Assembly (NCBI GenBank): GCA_965637545.1
Contig: OZ281497.1
Location: forward strand, 18,538,001-18,602,000
DNA length: 64,000 nt
DNA from: Phallusia mammillata
Taxonomy: Eukaryota
Direction: 5' to 3'
Shown here: positions 50,301 through 62,300 of the stretch, piece after piece
How positions within the stretch are numbered: position 1 is the first letter of the stretch
Layout of the letters: each line of letters opens with the position of its first letter
Program-made: the position numbers and the translations under genes
The notes under the pieces: model-generated
Seen by the model: the letters and a program-made list of their open reading frames with translations, nothing else
Told to the model about the DNA's origin: nothing
The model's database searches: none

Positions 50301-53300
50301 TCAGATGGCAGAGGAAACTTTGCTAGCGACTCGGGAACGATAACTAATGGCAACAAAACATTGTCGTACTACTCCGCTCAAGTGTATGGAGCCGGTGACC
50401 CGAGCATATGCGAAGTATACTTCCACATATACCAGGTAGAAAATGGGCTAAAATTTTAGTATTACTAAAATTTTAGGTTCTCGACTTGTTTCAGCCCATG
50501 GACCACCAGCCTAATGAAATATATATCGGGGACCAGTCATGGGCGCCGCCACGTAGGGGCAAGAGGGGGCACTTGCCCCCCTTGGAATTTCAGTGTACCT
50601 CAATTTAACATATTTAGCAGCAAACCTAATTAAAGTAGCAGCGCGGGGAGTCGTGACATGGTTTAATGCTTTAACTTTTAGGCAACTCAATTGTGAAGTA
50701 CACGATTTATGGCTTCATATGTAACAAATTCTTGATGCGGTAAAGGATCAGCCAAAATTTGCCCCCTCTTGCAAAATTTTCTGCCGGCGCCCATGGGACC
50801 AGTCCATTGTTAAATAAGGATAAAAAAAGCATTCACAACAAGCATGGAGGCTTGATATATATTCTTTCAATACAGAATTTAATGTTAGGGGAGATAACAG
50901 ATAACAACAAATTATCAATAACTTGGGTAGGGTTTTTTCGTAATATGCAATAATAGCCTATTTCCAACTAAATACAAAATATAATTAATGTCCTGTGGAC
51001 CATCCAAAAAGTAATCATGGACCACTAGTGGTTCATGGACTACCAATTGAGAACCACTGACTTATACCGCCTTAATTTGCTACTGAACTGATATCTAAAT
51101 AATGTTTTTACTTGGTGTATTAAACGTCGTTTTTTCGCTAATAATTATGGGTCCCCTTCCCTGAAGGGGACACATATTGGTTTTACTCGAATTGTTTTGT
51201 TTTTTTTGTTTTTTTTTCTTGTTTTTTCTTCCTTTTTTTTCTTCCCAAAGTTTGTCAGATTCGTTCTTCCATCAAATGTTTGATGGATTTGGCTGAAATT
51301 TACACAGATGGTAGATATAGTTATGTAGATGTGCATCCCACTTTGTTTTTGTTGATAACCCCAGTATTTACCCCGCTAGCCCCCTAAAATGGGTATTTTC
51401 CCCCCGAAGTTTGTCCGACTCGTTTTTCCATCAAATGTTTGATGGATTTGGCTGAAATTTACACAGATGGTAGATATAGTTATGTAGATGTGCATCCCAC
51501 TTTGTTTCTGTTGATAGCCCCAGTATTTACCCCGCTAGACCCCTAAAATGGGTGAGTTTTTAAACAGTGTCAGAATTGGCTGAAATTTAGATTTCTTGTA
51601 TGCCATTTATAGGTGTCGATTGTTGTGTTGAACCCTGTAGTCCTAACATTTACCCCACAAGCCCCTAAAGTGTAAAACGTATTTGTATGTTACTGGGCAC
51701 CACAAACGAAAGATTTCTTTCGGGCAATAGTGTTACAAGGGCAACCAGTTGTATGTTGCTCGTTGGTGGGTTGCTTGGTGGTCGTTTTTGCGCCATGGCA
51801 GTTAGGGGCTTGTTCACAGCCCTATGAAGTCAGAAACATTAACGGTTGTTGCTTAAAACACCTCTAGTGGTTGAAATTTTAAACATTGGCGGATTGGGCT
51901 AAAATTTTGCAATACTATTGATTGAGTCATTGTGGTTTTTATATATTTTTTAATTTGTGTGTCGAACCCAATTAGTTGCCCTACTAGCCCCCTAAAATGG
52001 GCCAGTTTTTTAAAAGGTTAAATAGGACATACTTCAAACAATATCTGGGGTGAATCTAATTTTATAGTTTGTATTCTACATAGTATTATTATTTAAGCCC
52101 AGTGCCGATCACTGTGTTTTACCTTACAACACCCGACTTTCTGATGGTTATCTCTTGAATTGCATTATTTTCAACTTTGCATGTGTGGGGACCAATGAGT
52201 TTTTGCCTGCAGAAACGACTAAAGTTATAAAAGACGATGGCTAATATAGGACCCAATACAAAATAAGCATAGAAAGTATATTTATGTTTTAAAATAGGTT
52301 ATAGTGTATATGCAAGGGCAATATGTGCTAGTCCACCCTTCTAGTTTTAGAAAGATTTTTTTGATTTATTCGGTTTGTTGTTGTTTTAATTGTTTTGCTT
52401 ACCCAATATATAAATATATATAATTTTGTCGCCAGGAACCGAGTGGTGAGTTTAGTTTTGCAACTCCGAAGCAAGATCAACACAACATGCATAACTACGT
52501 AAATCTAACTGGAAGTAGAGAAACCGCCATTTTAGGATACTTGCTCCTGTCAAAGTAGGCTTCACTTAATCAACGTTTATGATGTGTGGTGAAAAGAAGT
52601 TTGTAGAGCCTTTCTTCCAAATGTAATAGCTTATATATGTGGTGAAATGGTTTACGATAATTTGTGTGCATTTTAAAGTAATGCTTTTGAAACGACAGTT
52701 TTATGACAGCTATTGTTTTATTCTGCGCCCTGTACTGTTTGCTTTGAATGTAATTAAAAACGAAAGCCGCGTTAAATCAAAGCCTTTGATTTGACAAAAA
52801 TTAAAACTGGTATAACATAGACTCGTTGCTCTTAAAGTTTACCGATAAACTGTTAGATGGTATAACTATAAATTACCTGTACAAATTGTATTGTTTCTTT
52901 AGAGAAGCTGGCCTCCAAGTATCCTCAATCGAAATTCGAAAAACCATGGAAGAGTTGTTGAGGAATGAATTGGTTCCTATTAACCTCGCAGGTTAGTTTC
53001 TCGGCTTATGAAACTTTTGCCTCTTCGACTTAAATGCGTATTTTGTATGTTTGCTTTTTGACTTTAAGTTTGCGTGACAGGCATAATTATATTATAAAAG
53101 TTTTTTAGTGGCCTAGATTTTTATTTGGCCTTTTCGTTTACAAAATCTTATTTGTGTTGCTTAATTAGCGTTTAAAGCAACCGATATCATACAAAACCGT
53201 ATTCGCCGGGCGAATTTGACAAAACACTTGACGGATTTTCATCCATATGCTTATGACGATAGAACTTTTCCGGTAAACTCGATACAGGATGGTGGAAATG

Positions 53301-56300
53301 ACATGTATGATTATGGAAACCGGGTGAGTTTTTAAATAAATCCTAATTTGTTTTACTGTTTTATGTGTTTAATCTGTTTTGCATGCCTAAAAATTGTTAA
53401 CTATTCGGTTTTATTCTCTTTAGATATATTTTGCGGCGGATGGTATCGATACTTTTGCTGAATATAACCACACCTACAGGTTTGTACAGGAGTACAATGT
53501 CACCTAATATCAATTACAATAGTGATAAACTTTTCCTAATTGTTTTAAAGACGAGCTGACCATTCGTTTTCCGTGCTAGCAAGTCATCCATTTGTCGCCT
53601 TCTTTTTTATTAACTCCACTCAGAAAACCAATAGAACATTTTCGATACAAGTAAGAGGAAAGAAATCTAATCTTCGACAAGAAACCTTTGTAAACAATTG
53701 TACATCCTCTGTGTCAACTAACAGGTTGTTTCGAACCTTGGCGCCGATGGAACTGGATCGTTCGCAAACTTCTCTGGATCTGTATCTCTTGGGGATTACG
53801 AATTAACATTTAAAGGAGTTCAGGTTTATGAAGCACGAAGTGACGCGAGCGTTTGTGAAGTGTTTTTCTACTTGTCAAAGGTAAAGTGTACAATTTTACT
53901 GTTCGCCTCGTATTTAGGTTGCATTGTACATCAATATCGCCGAGCAAACCGTTAAAACGTAAACTTTTGACATCCCTATTGTGAAAATTGAAAATAATTG
54001 TGAGAATTACTGTAGGTTAAGATTCTATAGACGTTAAAATGTCGGACATATTAGCAGTGCTTTTAAAGATTTTTCGGACACAGATTTTATGCCGAAATTC
54101 CAAACATGTCCCAGCCCTGTCATCCTGCCCATTTAAAGACGCGTATTCCTCTTTTTTATTTTAACAGATTCGGCTCTACTAGTTCTTTTCTTTTCGTCAT
54201 GCATAAAATACCTTCCGCGTAAACTTTTGTTTTTTTTGTGATCCTCATTCGGAAATGAAAATTTAGCTCATACTTTTTTATCAAAACAACCCACAGAATC
54301 AAACCGGGGAGACATTTTCATTGTCCTCACCGGACCAGAGTCGAGGTAATATAGCAAGTAAAGCCGAATTAAAAGGAGAAGTCGACAATGCTATCTTCGG
54401 CTACATGCTGTTATCAACGTAAGTCGAGTTTACATCTAAAGATATAGCTTATTAGACTATATATCGAGTAAATACATTTAAGCTATTCTTCAGTTCATTT
54501 TGCCATCATAAAATACAAACTCGCAAAAGTAGTTTTACTTGCTTTGAGAAGAAAGGCATACCAATAATACAAAACGATTGATTATTTTCATTGTCTTTGG
54601 CGTTCATTCGATTTAGTTGTAATTTATTAAGATACGCATGTTCATACAAAAAAAACGTGCGTTTATTTTTGCGGAATGGCACAACTTCTGAGGCTTAATA
54701 GTTTTTTAAATTGTACCCACAATTGTATCCATTTTATTACAACTATTTTTCCAAATAAAGTATCTATTTGCTTAGAAAATCTCCTGGTCGACAAATTTTG
54801 CAAGATGAGTTAGAAGCCACAATGCTAACTACGCTGAGTGTGATGACAAACCAGGGTAAGAAAAGCTTCATCTTATACGTTTTGTGTAATGCGTGAAAAA
54901 GTCTTAATCCTGAAACAAACCATGTTTATGATGGCTTTACATTTTTACACAAATACATCCACTATTTAGTAGAAATTCAGAAAAAAAACGTAAGTTGTTT
55001 AATTTATTCACTAAGAACAAAATTGCCAGCGTTGTAAAATAAAACGTAGACATTTTATTGGTCAAACGTTTAAAACTACCTTTCGAATCTGGGTCTTTGT
55101 GTACTTATGTTTAGTTTATGTTTTGACAGAAGTACCACAGGTTTCCACATCGGAACCGACTGTAACTACGCTAGAAGATACAACCACGACTTTAACTACA
55201 CCAGGTATTTTGAAATTCACTTACCTTGAAAAACACAAATACTGAAGATGACCTTGAACCTTTATTTTTGTAGTAGTGACGACTACAGTTATAACTACCA
55301 CAACTTTGGTTCCCGACGGTAAGAAACATTACGTTCGGTAAAAAATGTTGATTGTATGATATTACGGTAAATGATGCTAACAATAAAAAACTCTTTTGAT
55401 TGATTTCGTTTTTACAGAAATTTTTTAAACAGCACGTTTAAACTAAAAAAAGTCAAAAAAGTCAAAAACATTTATTTACATTGTCACTTTATCCAATTAT
55501 CATTGATAAACAGTTTCGTAAAAAAGCAAGGACACCGAAAAAACTATTGGTTTGGTTAAAACTTAAAATTTTCTTTTACGATAGCGGCGGCGGAGGCTAT
55601 GAAAGTATTGAAAACGTTGCAATCTGCCCCTTTAATACAACATATAAGGGGGTTTTATTATTATAAATACGATGATTCAAATCTCAAGATGATTGATGAC
55701 GGCGGAAAAGACATGTATGACGAAGGAAATAAGGTTTGTCGACTTGTAAAATTTGTAATATTTTTCTGCACTAATATGAATGTCAATGACTTAATTTGAC
55801 CAGTGTGGTTTGAACAGGTTAATTGACCCGTTTGTTGCTTCGGCAGGTTTTTTTCACTGTAAACGGAAATGAAACGCAAGCAAAGTATAACCGGTCATAC
55901 AGGTAAGGGATATTAATGTTACAGAAAAAAACACATTAAGTTTGTTGTTCCGGACTATTTGTTTTTTACTAATTTACTCTACTTTACTCAGTGGTCCCAC
56001 ATATGCTTTTACCTTAAATCTTGGTCACCCGTTTATTGCGTTCTTTTCTATTGGAAAAATCCAGGACGATGCAGAACCAATGAACTATTCCATTCAAGTT
56101 AGTTGCGTTTTTAGATCTAAGAATTAAATATTTTTATTGTTTTGTGTGATTAGGCAACTATTGTCAGAACGCATTTCACAAAAGTTGCTCACACAAGGGT
56201 ATGTATCACAATTCGGGAACAATTTTATTGGAAAAAAAATTAAGAAAAAACTGTACATTATAAAACCGCAGCGATTATTCTATTCCTCAAATGTTGTGAA

Positions 56301-59300
56301 AACGCATGCTCAGTAGAGCTTCAACAACTGGCATGTGGTATTTAATGCTGGGCCCAACAATGGTAGTTCTATTAATAGCGTAAACACGTCAATGAATTTT
56401 GCAAATTTAAGGTGAAGTCAAATCTTGGAACTGATGGAATTGGGATTTATCGTAATGAATCTGGTACAATAACAAGAGGCAACTTCACACTAAAATACTA
56501 CGCCGCACAAGTGTATGGTACCAATGACCCGAGCATATGTGAAGTGTATTTCCACATATTCCAGGTAAAACTCAGAAACCGCACAAAGATTTTTACACTT
56601 TGTTTTTCGGTATACCTAAGTTATATTTTGTTGGCGAAACCTTTACGGCACCTTTTATAACATGTTTGCGAAATCCGCCATTCAAAATACGTTGACTTGT
56701 CTAGTCGTGGCCTCTTATAATCCAGTCGCTTAACTTAAAAGTAATGATTTTTCTCACCCATTGCAGGAGCCCAGTGGAAAGTTAAGTTTCTTCTCACCAA
56801 ATCAGGATTTCCAAACCATGGAAAACTTTGTAAACTTAACGGCAAATAGAGGATTCGCTGGCCTGGGATACTTATTACTTTCAAGGTAACTGAGCGAAAA
56901 TTAATAAATTTAGGTAAACTATCAAGTGGATATGATTTTAAAACACGAGTCTATAAAATGGTTATTTGAGTATAAGGGTCGTTTGTTTATTTCGCTACCA
57001 CTGCAAATCTATCTTTGATAATAGTTCGCTACCAACACGATGTATTGTTTTGTTCTAGGGATGTTGGAATGCAAGTTTCATCATATGACATACGTTTTAC
57101 ATTGGAACAAGTGTTGGGGACGCACTTTCCAGGTATCGTCGCTCTTGATGGTAAGTAAACTTGGTTTGGATGTACGCACAAAACTGATCAAGATTGTGAA
57201 ATAGAGGTGCTCCGAAAAAATTGTTTACTGTAACATTATCTTATTTGGAATATTTTTGGCAGAAACAAACATGTTGATACAACGACTTCAATCAACAAAC
57301 TTGACACAACACGTGATCAATTCTAATCGGTACACGTATGACGATACGTCTTATCCTATTAATTTTATTAATGATGGAGAAGGTGATATGTACGACGGTG
57401 GAAATCGGGTAAATTTGTCTTTATTTTTTCCTGAAAGTTTGTGATTTTGACTTTTTCGTGCATTTTATCGTTTTCATATGCTTCCACATACAAAAACTGT
57501 TTTAATTTAGGTGTTTTTCATCGTTGACGGACTCGAGCAACAAGCTCAATACAACGAGACATACCGGTACATAAATTAGGTAATTACTGGAAAATGATTA
57601 GTTACTTTAAGTCGATATGATTATTTAGACGCGACAACTTTACTTTTGTCACTCTTGCTACCCAACCTTTCATTGCATTTTTCAACATCGACGACCCACA
57701 ACAAGTTGAGGGCAACTATTCAATAAAGGTATGGGCTGATTTAACCTGAACACCGTGCATTTGGATTTTAGAAGAAAAACAACGTAAATAATTTCTTACT
57801 TGAAATAAATTTGTTCCCGCAACAACATAGGTGACTTCGGATATCGGAGCGGATGGAAATGGAATATTCGAGAACTTCTCAGGTTCAGTGTCTCAGGATG
57901 ATTACGACTTGTTCTTTGAAGGAAGTCAGGTTTTTGGCGCTAATGATCCAAGTGTATGTGAGGTGTATTTCTACATTGCACAGGTAAAAAAATTTTTGGT
58001 AAATTACATTGTGGTTAGTAATGTCATATTTAATTCAGTGAACATTGTGACTAAGGATATATAAACCATTGTGACCAAGGACTAGGGATTTATCCAAATA
58101 ACTTAAAATGTAGTTTTATGTGCATTATTATTAAAAAACTTGTTTTGTAGAATTCAAGTAACCTCAAATTCACATTTTCTTCGCCAATTCGCGACCGAAG
58201 TAACTTGCGAAATCAAGCCAGCTTACAGGGAAAATTTGGCAAAGCCATTTTGGGTTTTATCCTGCTATCAACGTAAGTTTAGATTGTTAACGTTTTGACA
58301 GGCACTATATGTGGGTGTGAATCAAGTATTTATATTTCCGCAGTAAAACTCCCGGACGTAGAATCAGTCAAGAGGAACTGGAGGCGACAATGCTTACAAC
58401 ACTTGGTGTTTTTATCGACCAAGGTAAACACTGGAAAATAACGAAATATCGTAAAAATAAAATTTTCTGAGAACGCTACTTGCAACATTAAAACGATCGC
58501 TGTTTGTCCGCAACAGCTTGTGATCACTACATACAAACTCTTTAACAGTAACGATTGGAATAAACTACTAACTTATATAAGCAGGGTTCAGTGTTCTTTT
58601 ACAACTAAGTTGTGGTGATTAATATAAGGCTGATAAAGTTTACGACTCGCCTATTTATTGTGACAAATAAAGCTAACCATAACGATTTGTACGTAATTGA
58701 ACCTAAATATTTTGTTTTCAGTGTTGCTTTGAAATAAACTCTTATAAAAAAAAACTTATCAAAGTTGTAAATTAAACGCAAACTTCGCAAAAAAATTAAC
58801 TACACATCGAAACACATTGTATAAAATTTTAAAACTAACTTATCAATTAAATACCCAATTTTTCATCAATCAACAGAAATTCCAAACAATTCTACCGTGC
58901 CACCAATAACAACGTCAACAAGTAAAGCAACGACAGCAATATCTACAACTTTTGCAACAGGTATGCTACAAACGACACAGTTTATGGAGTGTGGTTGGTT
59001 GTTTTCAAAATTTTATGGTTGAAAAACATTCTTGTTTAAAAAAAATTTAAAAAGTTCAGTAAGTCAAATTTTGTTTGCTGTAATTTACAATAATTAGTGT
59101 TTATCCAAACCTTTTTATAGTTCCATCAAACACAATATTATCACAAACAACACGCAAACTTTTACATAATATGTGATAAAGTGGACTTATTCATGCAATT
59201 TCGTTGAAGACATTAAAAATGTTTTTTTCTTACATTAGTAAACACAACAGTTGCCACGACCTCCCAACTTGAAACTGTAACCGCTACTGCAGGTTGGTAT

Positions 59301-62300
59301 TTGCAAATATTTGTGTTCTGCGTTCTCCGCTCTTCGCAAGTTGGCAATTACTAGTAACCTTTAAATTCCATCTGAACAACTCTCATTGTCAACTTAGTGC
59401 CTGACGTGGAGTTGTCTGAAGTGCTACGGTCCGCTTCTTTGAGAGGTCACATAAACAAATTTTATTTTTATCGATACGATAATCCAAATCTTATTACCAT
59501 CCGCGACGGAGGAAGGGACATGTATGATGGAGGAAATTCGGTTGGTGGAGTTGTATTTCGGAAGTTTTACTCGCAAACTGATTAACCTTTGACTTTTGCA
59601 GGTATTTTTTACGGTGAACGGATATGAAACTCGAGCGGTTTATAACGAAACCTACAAGTAAGTTTCGGTTGAAAACTGTTCCGAAAACTTTATAGTTGCT
59701 TTGTCACGGCCAGTATTTATTTTTTATCTTGCATAGTGATGAAACCTACTCCTTCTCTTCAATTATTGGTCATCCCTTTATCGCGTTTTTTACAATCAAA
59801 AAAGTCCTGGGCGATGCACAGCCAATGAACTACTCCATCCAGGTGTGTAGAATGTTTTGCACGTGAGGCGCACTTTTAATTTGACTGACTTTCATGTGAT
59901 TTGGAAATCAAACTAAATTTATAAAATAAAAATCAGTCAAATGAAAAGTCAAGTCACTTAGCTCTCAACTTTTAAACCTTCTATATTTTAGGTGAAGTCA
60001 AACCTCGGAGCTGACGGATCTGGAAGTTATCGTAACGAATCTGGAACGATATCTCGGGGCAATTATACATTGAATTACTACGCCGCACAAGTGTATGATG
60101 CCCCAGACCCGAGCGTTTGTGAAGTGTATTTTCACATATTTCAGGTAAAATTATGAAATACTGTTAGGCCATACTTGTCCCTCCCGAATTGATTTGCTTG
60201 TCTAATCAATTGTAGATAATCAATTGTTTCATTAAAGCCCAATTGACGTTCTATTAAGAGTCTTTGCCTTTACCAAGAGTCGAACTCCTACTGACTTGAC
60301 TTGACTTGACTTGAGGCTCGACTAATAGGACTCGTTACCCAACCCTGCCAAGAACTGTTGCATTTGTATTACTTCTATTGCAGAAACCCAGCGGAGTATT
60401 AAATTTCACCTCGCCAAAGCAAAATCGCGAAAGCATGGAAAACTTTGTAAACTTGACAAATAGTAGGGAGTCTGCTACCCTGGGTTACCTGTTACTATCA
60501 CAGTAAGTTTTTTTCCGATAAATTAGTTACCGCAAATATATGTGCTATTTAAAACGAAAAGCAAGGTTACCAAAAAACGTCCACTTAAGTCAAATAGTAA
60601 TATTTTAGATCACTGCTTATTCGGTTTGTTTTTAGTTTTAAAATTACTTAAAAAAATAGATAACCATAGTAAGTGTAAGTTTTTTTACAGGTTTCCTAAT
60701 AATCGAGTGTCATCAGATGACATTCGAGTTTCAATGGAAAGACTTTTGGAAGCTAAGATTTCAAACACCATAACACCTGATGGCAAGTTTACATACAATA
60801 AACCTCTAATTTTTGTAAGATACATAATCGGATATTTGGTTTGCTTTGGCAGAAACGACCGTATTGTTGGATCGACTTCGATCGGCAAACTTGACAAAAT
60901 ATGTGATTAATTCTTATCAGTACGTCTATGACGATCGTTCCGATCCAATTGACTCAATTCAAGATGGAGGTAACGATATGTACGATACAGGAAACCAGGT
61001 TTTTGAATTCATTGCATTTTTATTTTCATTCACCGTTTGAGTTGCAATTGTAACGTTACCTCACATTTCTTAAGGTTGACTTCAGGGTAGATGGCTTTAA
61101 AAGACGTGCTCAATATAACCAGACCTATAAGTAAGCATAGTTGTTTGTCAATTAAGGCACAATATAACAAATTGAGACTGTTTGATTTATACTTATTCAG
61201 ATTCGACGATTTTACTTTTGCCACACTTGCTGTTCATCCTTTCATCGCTCTTTTCAATATAAACGCTTCTGCGCCAATAAACAGAAGCTATTCAATAGAG
61301 GTATGGAGTAAATCATCTTAGATCTTGACATTCAGTAAATTTCACAATTTCATTTAACCTACTTTTCGGTCGTAATATTAACACAGGTGTTGTCAAATCT
61401 TGGAGCCGACGGAAGAGGAAACTTTCAAAACTTCTCTGGATCTGTGTCTCTGGATGATTTTTATTTGTTCTTCGAAGGAAATCAAGTTTATGAAGCCAAT
61501 GACCCGAGCGTGTGCGAAGTGTATTTCTACATTGCAAAGGTAAAATCACGTTATATTTCTATTTGTATTTTAATCAACAAGTTGAGTGAATTAATGATAT
61601 TTTTTTACATTACTCTCAGATCTAATTAATTAGTTGAAACTTTAAAATGTTTTATTTTTATCATTGCATAAGTTTCCATCGATTGTTGAATTGTTGTAAT
61701 AAAACTGTGCTATATAGAATGAAACTGACATCAATTTCTCGTTTTCTGCTGCAACTCGTGATCGAACGGGCTTACAAAATCTAGCTACTATACAAGGAAA
61801 TTTCACAAAAGCGGTGTTCGGTTTTATCCTTCTATCGACGTAAGTGTAGTTAAATAATGCTGTTTTAAAACACTGTGTTTTCTGCTATAATTACCACGTA
61901 CATGTTGTGAAAAGTACAATAACAAGACAACATGCATGTGTGTAAACCAACTGTTTCTATTTTTGTAGCAAAACTCCCGGACGTAGAATCAGTCAAGCGG
62001 AACTGGATGCCACGATGCTTGCCACACTTGGTGTGATTACAGATAAAGGTAAAAATCGATATTATACCTAGTTCCAAACACTAAAGAAAAAAGTTGATTG
62101 AAAAACGAATTCCAGATCTTCTATGGCTTGCAACAAATGCGTGTTATGACATAAAGCTGTTTCTCAAAACTACAAATTAAAACAATGTGTATCCATATTT
62201 GCAAATGACGCGACTGGTATAATATTTGAATTTACATCAATCAACAGAAATTCCGGAAATATCTACAGTTATACCAATGACAACATTACCAGTTAATACA

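Noticed and set aside
60270-60347. (GACTT)n tract, and a GTAC-rich palindromic patch at about 63453-63560
   Set aside because: Probably decayed MITE termini; boundaries and TSDs cannot be supported.
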